From Vulcanimicrobiota bacterium (lineage in GTDB: Bacteria; Vulcanimicrobiota; Xenobia; Xenobiales; JADMJV01): a DNA stretch of 64,000 nt. The stretch covers positions 96,001-160,000 of the forward strand of contig JBFWNU010000010.1 in NCBI GenBank assembly GCA_050250895.1, read 5' to 3'. This document shows, one piece after another, positions 36,695 through 45,333 of the stretch (position 1 is the first letter of the stretch; each line of letters begins with the position of its first letter). The position numbers and the translations under genes were made by a program. The notes below the pieces were generated by a model. That model did not search any database. It was not told the DNA's origin and saw nothing but the letters and a program-made list of their open reading frames with translations.

Positions 36695-37323
36695 GGGTTG
36701 TAAGCCTGCTTGTTGAGCAGGATGCCGTCGCGATAGCGCAACACCATGCCCTGCTCGATGTAGAAGTCTTCGATCAGCACGTGATAGCTGACCAGCCCGG
36801 ATTGGTCGGCTTCGCTGTTGCGGCGCGAGAAGCTGGGCAGGCCATACATCGCGATCATGCGGTCGCGGTCGGTCATTTGAGGAGCGGCGTCCTCGAGATG
36901 GGGGCGCACCCAGCGCTGGCCCCACAAGCCGACCTGGCGCTGGCGGCCCTTCTCTTGATAGCCGGCCAGTTGCAGCGGGTCTGAATCGGTCACGGTGGCG
37001 TAGCCATCGACCAGCAGCTGCTTGTTGAGCGAGATCCAGCGGGGGCCCACCTGGAAATAGACCACTCCGCTGCGCGCCTGAGGGTCGACCAGTTCCACTC
37101 GTAGAGCCCGACCCACTAACACCCCGTCACAATAGTCGCTCAGTTTGGCCACCACTCCGGGGGACACCGACAACCCGGCCAGGGACACCGCCACCGCCTG
37201 CCCCTGCTTGCTCTTGAGCACCAGTTGGCCATTGGGAGCAAGGTTGGCAAAGGTGGCGGCAAAGCGCTGACCGGCCACCGCCGGGGTAGCCAGCACCAGC
37301 AATAGGAGCAGAATTCGGCGCAT
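36691..37323 (-). CDS. Secreted thermonuclease (SNase)-fold protein, probably catalytically degenerate
   Basis: Signal peptide; SLNKQLLVDGYA and QEKGRQRQVGLWG motifs; DGDT and GIDAPE absent. Confidence 0.65.
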   Translation of the reverse strand: MRRILLLLLVLATPAVAGQRFAATFANLAPNGQLVLKSKQGQAVAVSLAGLSVSPGVVAKLSDYCDGVLVGRALRVELVDPQARSGVVYFQVGPRWISLNKQLLVDGYATVTDSDPLQLAGYQEKGRQRQVGLWGQRWVRPHLEDAAPQMTDRDRMIAMYGLPSFSRRNSEADQSGLVSYHVLIEDFYIEQGMVLRYRDGILLNKQAYNP

Positions 37324-37356
37324 AGCCCGAGCTTAGACCATGAGCCTGAAAAGATT

Positions 37357-38154
37357 CTAAATGCCGTTGAGCTCCTCGAGAAAGTCGAGCAGGAAAGGAG
37401 CTACCCGTTCGGGGTGTTCTTGATGCACGATATGGCTTCCATAGGGCAGGATGCCCAGGCGGACGTCGGGCAGGTTGGATCGCAGCCGGAGAGTCTGCTC
37501 CATCGTGACCAGGTGATCGGCGTCACCCACCAATTGCAGGACTGGAATTTGGATCTTGGCTACCTGCGGGCCGGGATAGTTGGAGGGGTCAGGATTGGTC
37601 CACATGGCCAGGGCCGCTTGGAAGAGTTTGGAGAAGTCGGGCCGGGGATTGACCCGCTCATAGAGCGCAACCCCGGCTCCGAAGCGCTCACGCCAACTTT
37701 GCTCGGTGAGTTTGTCAAAGATGCGGCGCACCTCTCCGGTGGGGATCTCGGCGTGGACGCCGATCAGGACCAGGCCGGCCAGTTCGACCCGTCCACGCAT
37801 GGCCAGAACCAGAGCGGCGATGCCGCCGTCCGAGTGGCCAATCACCAGGGGCCTATCCAGGCTGGTGGCCTGGATGACCTCTTCGGCGTCTGCCGCCAAC
37901 CTCGAGTAGGTGAGTGGCTCGTCCCCCAAAGTCGAGGCTCCGTGGCCTCGGGTGTCGAGGCCCACCATCGGGTGTGCGCCCAAATGGGGCAGCAGGGGCC
38001 CAAAGTCCTCCAGGCTGCCCAGGCCGCCGTGCAGGAGCAGCAAGGGACGTCCGCAGTCGGGACCTCTCCGCTCCAGATGAAGGTCGGCGCCGTAAACTGG
38101 GATAACTCGCCCCGCGGTGTGGGCCCACGGTGGGGTGGTGGCGATGGTCTTCAT
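37357..38154 (-). CDS. Alpha/beta fold hydrolase
   Basis: LLLHGG, DTRGHG, GHSDGG, GDADHLV and GSH motifs. Confidence 0.9.
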   Translation of the reverse strand: MKTIATTPPWAHTAGRVIPVYGADLHLERRGPDCGRPLLLLHGGLGSLEDFGPLLPHLGAHPMVGLDTRGHGASTLGDEPLTYSRLAADAEEVIQATSLDRPLVIGHSDGGIAALVLAMRGRVELAGLVLIGVHAEIPTGEVRRIFDKLTEQSWRERFGAGVALYERVNPRPDFSKLFQAALAMWTNPDPSNYPGPQVAKIQIPVLQLVGDADHLVTMEQTLRLRSNLPDVRLGILPYGSHIVHQEHPERVAPFLLDFLEELNGI

Positions 38155-38216
38155 GAGGCCAGTCTGGCCCAAGGGCGCGGTAGCGGCTACCCGCTCTGGG
38201 ATAAAGGGGCGGTATT

Positions 38217-38621
38217 CTAAATCCAGCCCTGGCTGCCGAGCCAACCCTCGGCGGCTTCGACCACGTTCTCGGCGGTGTTGAGGGCTTCTTCGGCCATGGC
38301 CTGGGTGAAAACGGCGGCGGCGTCATAGGTTGCTCGCTGGCGCTGAGCTTGCAGCACGGCCAGATGGTTGCCCACTTCTGGCGCGAGCAACCCGGGACGG
38401 ATAAAGAGCAGGCTCAAGCGGGTCAGAAGGCCAGAATGGGTGCGGGGCTCTTCTTCCTGGGAGAGCAGCAGGGCTCGAGCCGAGTGAAATCCACAGTAGT
38501 AGGCGTGGCCGACGGCCCCCGAGTAGCTGCCGGCGGCCAGCAAGGTGCGGCCATCGGCTAATTCCTGGCGGGCCTTTTCGAGGGCCAGGGCCAGGTTGCG
38601 TCGGCGATTGGCCTCGGTCAT
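38217..38621 (-). CDS. HEPN domain protein
   Basis: AVGHAYYCGFHSARALL, RTHSGL and RQRATY motifs. Confidence 0.88.
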   Translation of the reverse strand: MTEANRRRNLALALEKARQELADGRTLLAAGSYSGAVGHAYYCGFHSARALLLSQEEEPRTHSGLLTRLSLLFIRPGLLAPEVGNHLAVLQAQRQRATYDAAAVFTQAMAEEALNTAENVVEAAEGWLGSQGWI

Positions 38622-38944
38622 ATCGGCACGCCTTCGGTCTCGAGATCGCGGGCCAGTCGCACTTCGCGGTCTTTGAGGTCGCCGTAGTGCTCGACATCCA
38701 TCACCAGCGGGCAGAGGGCGAAGGGCAGTTCCATCTCGAGCAGCAGGGCGCTGGCCTCGCCGACCACGGGCGCCAGCCAGGCCGCTTCGTCAGAGTCGAC
38801 CAGCACGAAGACATCGAGGTCTGACTCGGCGTGGGCATCACCACGCACTCGCGAACCGAAAAGGCGCAGCTCGACCAGGTGCTCGCCGAGCAGCGCTTCC
38901 AGCCGCTGACGGAACCGTCGGCCCACCTGAAGAGCCAAGCTCAT
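38618..38944 (-). CDS. Minimal nucleotidyltransferase (MNT) partner of HEPN
   Basis: LFGSRVRGDAHAESDLDVFV (GS...DxD); ATGA overlap with the HEPN gene. Confidence 0.9.
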   Translation of the reverse strand: MSLALQVGRRFRQRLEALLGEHLVELRLFGSRVRGDAHAESDLDVFVLVDSDEAAWLAPVVGEASALLLEMELPFALCPLVMDVEHYGDLKDREVRLARDLETEGVPI

Positions 38945-39003
38945 AGGAGAATCTTCGACGAGGGCAGGTGGTCGGCCCTCTAGGGGCAATTATCGCAGCG
39001 GGA

Positions 39004-39972
39004 CTAACGGCTTTCGAACAGGGCAGGATGGATGAGAATGTACTCGACCGCCCGGTACGAGGTTGGCTTTCCGCCATTTGGACGTCCATAGACTGCCCGT
39101 GCATAGACAGCCAGGGCAAGACGCTTGTAATACAGGCGCATGGCACTTTTTAATTCTTCTCCGCCATCGGCCTGTCCTAGAGCCTCGGTGAGCGAATCCA
39201 ACTTGGCCTGGAAACCAAATTCCGTCCCTCCGACCTGGAGGCTCTCGCCTTTGACGGCGAACACCCGCCCCTCGTCGTCATAAGCAACCACGATGGTTTC
39301 ATAATCAAAGGCTTCGAGGTTGTGAGGCCCAACCGTGATCTTACTCCGTGAGTAGGGAACGCCCAGGCGTTCTTCAACCGACTTGCGCGACTGGCCAATT
39401 TTGACGCCCGAGATGCTGAGTCCAGGGGCAGGCTTCGCTTTCGAACCCTTGGTCGAGGGACGGACCGGCTTTGTTTTGGCCAGATGTGCCTCGGTGGTGG
39501 CGCGAGTGAGCTTGAATAGTCGCCGGTCCACCAGGATGTATTCAGCGCTAAAATAGTGTAGCGTGTCATGGCCAATCAATACGGTCAGTCCTAGACGCGA
39601 ATAGACCATGGTATTCGCGCCGATGAGATCGTCGGTCGCATCGGGCCGGCCGAGGTTCTGCACCAGAGTGTCAAGACTCTCGCCCCGTCGCAAGCGTTTA
39701 TCTCCGTAGGCGAGGATTTCGCCTCTGACGGCGATGACCCGCCCCTCTTCATCGAAGGCGACCACGCTTCTCCCGTAGCCATAGGCGTCACGTTTCTTGT
39801 CGCCGACCAGCATTTGGGTTCGACCGTTGTGTTTGCCATAGCGGGCTTCGACCGAGGTCTTGCTATCACCGATGGAAATGTTGTCGACAGCGAGAGTTTG
39901 GGTCTTTGCGTCGGTCGGCCTGACGATGACGATTGAAACCAAGAGAGCGAGGATAAAGGTCAGACTTCTCAC
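39004..39972 (-). CDS. Secreted protein with two tandem homologous domains
   Basis: Signal-like VRSLTFILALLVSIV; repeated ISIGDSKTSVEARYG...VAFDEEGRVIAVRGE and VKIGQSRKSVEERLG...VAYDDEGRVFAVKGE; start uncertain. Confidence 0.65.
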   Translation of the reverse strand: MRSLTFILALLVSIVIVRPTDAKTQTLAVDNISIGDSKTSVEARYGKHNGRTQMLVGDKKRDAYGYGRSVVAFDEEGRVIAVRGEILAYGDKRLRRGESLDTLVQNLGRPDATDDLIGANTMVYSRLGLTVLIGHDTLHYFSAEYILVDRRLFKLTRATTEAHLAKTKPVRPSTKGSKAKPAPGLSISGVKIGQSRKSVEERLGVPYSRSKITVGPHNLEAFDYETIVVAYDDEGRVFAVKGESLQVGGTEFGFQAKLDSLTEALGQADGGEELKSAMRLYYKRLALAVYARAVYGRPNGGKPTSYRAVEYILIHPALFESR

Positions 39973-40171
39973 CAGGGCTGATTTCGCTACCGGATCGTTT
40001 CCTCTCCTTCTCCCAGTCGAGGCAACCAGTCCTAAGGCCGGGGCCGAGTGGCTCTTCGACGGCGGGTCGTTCATCGATTCCAAACCTCCAGGAGGGAGGC
40101 CTCGGGCTGGGTCTCGAATGGTTGGGATCCGGTCGCGCCGCGACCCATATCCTGTCAGAAAAGGGGGGCCG

Positions 40172-41500
40172 ATGAAGCCTACGCCCGAGCAAATCCAAGC
40201 CAATTTCGCCGATATCAAACCACCCCTGTCGGACGATCACGCCGTCATCGAGGCCAACCGCTGCCTCTATTGCTATGACGCCCCGTGCGCCCAGGCGTGT
40301 CCCACGCATATCGACATTCCCGAGTTCATCCGGCGCATCGGCTCGGGCAACCTGGTGGGTTCGGCTCAGACGATCCTCGAGGCCAACATTCTGGGGGCCA
40401 GTTGTGCTCGCGTCTGCCCCACCGAAGTGCTTTGCGAAGGGGCGTGCGTCTATCACGACCTCAAGATGCCGGCCATCGACATCGGTCGACTGCAACGCTA
40501 CGCCACCGATCACGTGATGGAAAACGACATCCAGGTCTTTGCCGCACCCCCCATCAAGACTGGCTCGGTGGCTCTGGTCGGGGGCGGCCCGGCCAGTCTC
40601 GCCTGCGCCGCCGAACTGGGGCTGCTGGGAATCAAGGCCGTGGTGTATGACGACAAGCCCGAGCCCGGCGGGCTCAATCGCTACGGCATCGCTCCCTATA
40701 AGCTGACCAATGAAGAAGCCCTCGACGAGGTGTCTTACCTGCAGAAAATGTGCGGCTTCGAGATCAAGAGCGGGGTCCGTGTCGGCCGCGACATCAGCTT
40801 TGCCGAGCTCGAGCAAGAGCATGACGCCATCTTTCTGGGGGTCGGGCTCTCCAGCAGCCGGCCCATGGGCGTGCCCGGCGAAGACATGCAGGGCGTGGTG
40901 GGAGCCACCGAATTCATCGAAGAACTGCGCTCCAAGCCGATGCACGAGACCAGGGTCGGACCCAAGGTGGTGGTGGTCGGGGCCGGCAACACCGCCATCG
41001 ACGCCGCTACGGAAGCCTCTCGCCTGGGGGCCGAAGAGGTGACCATCGTCTACCGCCGCGGCAAGGACGAGATGCCAGCCTATGAGTTCGAGTATCATCT
41101 CGCTCTGCAAGACAAGGTGCGTTTCTGCTGGTTCACCCAGCCGGTCGAAGTGGTCGGCAATGGCAAAGTGACGGGTCTCAAATGCCAGCAGATGCAGGCC
41201 GGCGAGCCCGACGCCTCGGGTCGTCCGCGCCCGGTGCCGGTGCCCGGGTCAGACTTCGTGATCGAGGCCGACACCGTCATCAAGGCGACCGGTCAGGTTA
41301 CCCACGACCTGCTCGCCACCATCGACGGCCTGGAACTCAAGTGGGGACTGGTGGTCGTCAACGACGACTATCAAACGACCAATCCTCGCTACTATGCCGG
41401 TGGCGACTGCATCAACGGCGGTAAAGAGGTGGTCAACGCCGTAGCTCACGGCAAGAAGGCCGCTGCCGCTATCGCTCGCAAAATCAAAGGAGGTGCCTAA
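40172..41500 (+). CDS. preT: NAD-dependent dihydropyrimidine dehydrogenase subunit PreT (GltD-like)
   Basis: EANRCLYCYDAPCAQACPTHIDIP, CARVCP, GGGPASL and GAGNTAID; adjacent to preA. Confidence 0.9.
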   Translation: MKPTPEQIQANFADIKPPLSDDHAVIEANRCLYCYDAPCAQACPTHIDIPEFIRRIGSGNLVGSAQTILEANILGASCARVCPTEVLCEGACVYHDLKMPAIDIGRLQRYATDHVMENDIQVFAAPPIKTGSVALVGGGPASLACAAELGLLGIKAVVYDDKPEPGGLNRYGIAPYKLTNEEALDEVSYLQKMCGFEIKSGVRVGRDISFAELEQEHDAIFLGVGLSSSRPMGVPGEDMQGVVGATEFIEELRSKPMHETRVGPKVVVVGAGNTAIDAATEASRLGAEEVTIVYRRGKDEMPAYEFEYHLALQDKVRFCWFTQPVEVVGNGKVTGLKCQQMQAGEPDASGRPRPVPVPGSDFVIEADTVIKATGQVTHDLLATIDGLELKWGLVVVNDDYQTTNPRYYAGGDCINGGKEVVNAVAHGKKAAAAIARKIKGGA

Positions 41501-42774
41501 TGGCCGATCTGTCCATCAACTTCGCAGGAATCAAATCGCCCAACCCGTTTTGGCTGGCCTCGGCCCCTCCCACCAACTCGGCCTACCAGATCCACCGGGC
41601 CTTCGAGGCTGGCTGGGGCGGGGCCGTCTGGAAGACCATCGGGGCCCCCATCGTCAACGTCAATTCTCGCTATGGGGCTCTTTCTTATCGCGGCCACAAG
41701 GTGATGGGCTTCAATAACATCGAACTCATCACCGACCGGCCGGTCGAAGACAATCTGCGCGAGATCAAAGAGGTCAAAGAGCGCTGGCCCGACCGGGCCG
41801 TGATCGCTTCGCTGATGGTCGAATCCAACCGCGAGGCCTGGCACGACATTGTCAACAAGGTTCACGACACCGGAGCCGACGGCATCGAACTGAACTTTGG
41901 CTGCCCTCACGGCATGTCCGAGCGCGGCATGGGGTCGGCCGTCGGCCAGGTGCCCGAGTATTGCTGCCAGATCACCGAGTGGGTGATGGAAGCGGCCAAG
42001 ATCCCGGTGATTGTGAAGCTGACCCCCAACGTCGGCAACATCTTGCCTCCGGGGATGGCCGCCCAGAAAGGCGGAGCTGACGCCGTTTCGCTGATCAACA
42101 CCATCAACTCGGTGACCGGGGTCGACCTCGACACTCTCATTCCCAATCCCAATGTCCACGGCAAGTCGGCCCACGGCGGCTATTGCGGCCCCGCGGTGCG
42201 ACCCATCGCTCTCAACATGGTCGGCACCCTGGCCCACGACCCCGGTTTCAACCTGCCCATCTCGGGCATCGGCGGCATCGAGACCTGGCGGGATGCCGCC
42301 GAGTTCATCTTGATGGGAGCCAGCAGCGTCCAGGTCTGCACGGCCGTCATGAAGCACGGCTTTCGCATCGTCTCCGACATGGTCACCGGGCTCTCGCGCT
42401 GGATGGACGAGAAGGGCTTCAAGACCATCAACGACTTCGCCGGCCTGTCGTCAGGACGGCTGTCGGATTGGGGCGACCTCGACCTCAACTATCGCATCAT
42501 CGCCAACATCAATCCCGACAAGTGTATCGGTTGCCAGGTCTGCTATATCGCCTGCGAAGACGGAGCCCACCAGGCCATCCTGCTCTCGGGCAACGGCACC
42601 CGGGTGCCCAAGATCAACGAAGAGGCCTGCGTGGGTTGCAACCTGTGCAGTCTCGTCTGTCCGGTCGAGGGTTGCATCACCATGGTGCGCCAGGAGCAGG
42701 GCCTGCCGGTCAAATCCCACAACGACTTCGTGCACGCCGGCGAGACGCCCCAGGGTAACTATCCCAAACACTGA
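41500..42774 (+). CDS. preA: NAD-dependent dihydropyrimidine dehydrogenase subunit PreA
   Basis: PNPFWLASAPPT, ELNFGCPHGMSERGMG, KLTPN and two C-terminal 4Fe-4S motifs. Confidence 0.95.
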   Translation: MADLSINFAGIKSPNPFWLASAPPTNSAYQIHRAFEAGWGGAVWKTIGAPIVNVNSRYGALSYRGHKVMGFNNIELITDRPVEDNLREIKEVKERWPDRAVIASLMVESNREAWHDIVNKVHDTGADGIELNFGCPHGMSERGMGSAVGQVPEYCCQITEWVMEAAKIPVIVKLTPNVGNILPPGMAAQKGGADAVSLINTINSVTGVDLDTLIPNPNVHGKSAHGGYCGPAVRPIALNMVGTLAHDPGFNLPISGIGGIETWRDAAEFILMGASSVQVCTAVMKHGFRIVSDMVTGLSRWMDEKGFKTINDFAGLSSGRLSDWGDLDLNYRIIANINPDKCIGCQVCYIACEDGAHQAILLSGNGTRVPKINEEACVGCNLCSLVCPVEGCITMVRQEQGLPVKSHNDFVHAGETPQGNYPKH

Positions 42775-42780
42775 GGGGAG

Positions 42781-42964
42781 CAGCGACTGCGTCGCTGAGA
42801 ATAGGAGCGAGCCTTCGGCCCGGGATTTCGCCCTTCGGGCGACGAGGAGCGGCTGGCGCCGAGAGCTTTGCTCGAGATGAGCGACAGCTCATCTCGCTCC
42901 GTTCTCGTGCCGTAGGCACGCTCCCGCTCTCCGGCGAAGCCGGCTCCTTGGCCGCGAAGCGGCC
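42781..42964. repeat. Intergenic multi-hairpin (REP/REPIN-like) element
   Basis: Seven short perfect hairpins between the convergent preA and fabG-like genes. Confidence 0.7.
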
Positions 42965-42965
42965 T

Positions 42966-43700
42966 CTACGGAAGGGCCCCGCCGTCCACGCTCAGGATGT
43001 GGCCGGTGACATAGGACGATTCGTCCGAGGCCAGCCAGAGATAGGCGTTGGCGATCTCTTCGGGTTTGCCCATGCGGCCCAGGGGCACGCGGGCTTTGAG
43101 CTGGTCCATCACCTTGTCGGGAATGCCTTCGGTCATGCGGGTCTCGATGAAGCCGGGCGCGACGGCGTTGACGCGGATGCCTTTGCGGCCAAGTTCGCGG
43201 GCCCAGGTGCGGGTCATGCCGATGACGCCTGATTTGGTGGCCACGTAGTTGGTCTGACCGAAGTTGCCATAGATACCGACCACCGAAGAGGCGTTGAGCA
43301 CCACTCCTTTGCCTTGTTCGACCATCGTGGGCACGATGGCCTGGGTGCAGTTGAACACGCCCTTGAGATTGACATCGACCACGAAGTCGAAGTCCTCTGG
43401 CGACATCTTGAGCAGCTGGGCGTCGCGAATGACGCCGGCGTTGTTGACCAGGATGTCGATGCGCTTGAGTTTCTCCAGCGTATGTTCGACCATGGCCTGG
43501 ACCGACTCGCGGTCGGTGACATTGACCTGCACGGCCATGGCGGCCGGGCCGATGGCCTGAGTGGTCTCGCGGGCCACCTCGATTTCCATGTCGGCCACGA
43601 CCACTTTCGCCCCCTCGCGCGCGAACAGTTCGGCGGTAGCCCGCCCGATACCCCGCCCGCCCCCGGTGATGATGGCTACTCTATCTTTCAGTCTCATCAT
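42966..43700 (-). CDS. fabG: 3-oxoacyl-ACP/acetoacetyl-CoA reductase (FabG/PhaB-like SDR)
   Basis: TGGGRGIG, NNAG, GNFGQTNYVATK (YxxxK) and VAPGFIET; start at 43700 or 43697. Confidence 0.85.
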   Translation of the reverse strand: MMRLKDRVAIITGGGRGIGRATAELFAREGAKVVVADMEIEVARETTQAIGPAAMAVQVNVTDRESVQAMVEHTLEKLKRIDILVNNAGVIRDAQLLKMSPEDFDFVVDVNLKGVFNCTQAIVPTMVEQGKGVVLNASSVVGIYGNFGQTNYVATKSGVIGMTRTWARELGRKGIRVNAVAPGFIETRMTEGIPDKVMDQLKARVPLGRMGKPEEIANAYLWLASDESSYVTGHILSVDGGALP

Positions 43701-43741
43701 GAACTCCATTCCATCCCCCCGGGACAATTTCTTTCAAGATC

Positions 43742-43758
43742 GTTGCAGTGTGGTTACA
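43742..43758 (-). promoter_or_regulatory. Direct repeat TGTAAC-N5-TGCAAC upstream of the fabG-like gene
   Basis: Plus strand GTTGCA at 43742 and GTTACA at 43753, oriented with the SDR gene. Confidence 0.6.
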
Positions 43759-43824
43759 CGGGGTGCGTCTTTAGCGAATGTGCGTTGCCTTGTTGGGGCG
43801 GCCAGGCTGTGTTATGAACAGACG

Positions 43825-45276
43825 ATGGCGCGCAAGAAAACTCGATTCATCTGTCAGGAATGTGGAGCCCAGTCGGCCAAGTGGCAGGGTCGCTGCTTGG
43901 ATTGCGGGGGCTGGAACACCCTGGAAGAGGAAGAGATTTTGCCCGAGGGCCGCGGCCACGGGATGGCTTTGCACCTCGATGGGCAGGCCCAGGTGGTGGC
44001 CATTGAAGAGGTCGACACCGAGCAAGAGAACCGTTTCACCACCGGGATCGATGAGTTGGATCGGGTGCTGGGCGGCGGGGTGGTGCCGGGCTCGCTGCTG
44101 TTATTGGGAGGGCCGCCAGGGGTCGGTAAGTCGACCCTGCTGTTGCAGATGGCTCGCACTCTCGCCGGCACCCGTCCGCCGGTATTGTACGTCAGCGGCG
44201 AAGAGAGCCCGCGCCAGATCCGCATGCGAGCCGACCGGTTGGGGGCTGCCACCAAAGGCATTCTGTTGTTGGGAGAGACCCGGCTCGAGGCGATCGAGAG
44301 TCACCTTCGCGAGATCAAGCCGGGACTGGTGCTGGTCGACTCGATCCAGACGCTTTTTCGCAGCGACCTGGCGCCCGCTCCGGGCAGCGTCACCCAGGTG
44401 CGCGAGTGCGCCGCCAACCTGATGCGCATGGCCAAGGCGACCTCCACGCCCGTGGTGCTGGTGGGGCACTTCACCAAGGACGGTCAACTGGCCGGGCCGC
44501 GGGTGCTCGAGCATCTGGTCGACACCGTGCTCAGTTTCGAGGGCGAAGGCCTGCAGCATGTGCGGGCTCTGCGAGCGACCAAGAACCGCTTCGGGCCCAG
44601 TCACGAGGTGGGGCTGTTCGAGATGGGGCCCGAGGGCCTGACGGCGATCCCCGATGCCAGCGCCTTCTTCTTGTCGCAGCGGGCCAGGGGCACTTCCGGC
44701 TCGGTGGTTTTTCCGTCGCTGGAAGGCAGCCGGCCGATGTTGGTCGAGATTCAAGCCCTGGTTAGTTCTAGCAAAGCGGCCGAGAACGGAGGGATGGCGG
44801 CGCGTCGCTCGGTGGGTCTTGACCCCAACCGGTTGAGCCTGTTGCTAGCCGTGTTGCACAAGCGGTGCCCGGGCTTCGAGATCTGGAAACACAATGTCTA
44901 TGCCAATGTGGCCGGCGGTCTGCGGCTGGCCGAGCCAGGCCTGGACCTGCCTCTGGTGTTGGCGGTGGCCTCGAGTTGCAAAGAAACGTGCCTTGACCCT
45001 AACCTGGCCGCGATGGGCGAGATCGGTTTGGGTGGCGAGGTCCGCCCCGTTTCTAACCTTGAGCCCCGTCTCAAAGAGCTGGCCAAGATGGGTTTCACCA
45101 CCTGTCTCTTGCCGAGCAAATCGCTGGATGGCCTGAACCTGAAGGCCTTCAAGCCGCTCCAAGTCAAGGGCGTGTCCACCATCAAAGAGGCGCTGAGCGA
45201 GGCTGGCATCCCGATTCCCAGACCACGGGAGGACGAGCCGGCCCGAGAACAGCCGCGCGAGCCCGTTCCGTTCTAA
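43825..45276 (+). CDS. radA: DNA repair protein RadA/Sms
   Basis: C4 zinc finger, GPPGVGKSTLL, YVSGEES, KNRFG and a Lon-like C-terminus. Confidence 0.96.
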   Translation: MARKKTRFICQECGAQSAKWQGRCLDCGGWNTLEEEEILPEGRGHGMALHLDGQAQVVAIEEVDTEQENRFTTGIDELDRVLGGGVVPGSLLLLGGPPGVGKSTLLLQMARTLAGTRPPVLYVSGEESPRQIRMRADRLGAATKGILLLGETRLEAIESHLREIKPGLVLVDSIQTLFRSDLAPAPGSVTQVRECAANLMRMAKATSTPVVLVGHFTKDGQLAGPRVLEHLVDTVLSFEGEGLQHVRALRATKNRFGPSHEVGLFEMGPEGLTAIPDASAFFLSQRARGTSGSVVFPSLEGSRPMLVEIQALVSSSKAAENGGMAARRSVGLDPNRLSLLLAVLHKRCPGFEIWKHNVYANVAGGLRLAEPGLDLPLVLAVASSCKETCLDPNLAAMGEIGLGGEVRPVSNLEPRLKELAKMGFTTCLLPSKSLDGLNLKAFKPLQVKGVSTIKEALSEAGIPIPRPREDEPAREQPREPVPF

Positions 45277-45333
45277 CGACCAACGAAGTCTGGAGGTTTT
45301 TTCCGACTAGGGGTTAATCTCTTTAGAGAAGAC

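Noticed and set aside
15034-38944. Prophage or defence island implied by two TA pairs and an HNH gene
   Set aside because: These genes are scattered among housekeeping and metabolic genes, and no integrase, phage structural gene or att-like repeat was seen.
40172-41500. Glutamate synthase small subunit gltD
   Set aside because: The fold is homologous, but coupling to preA and the absence of gltB indicate PreT.
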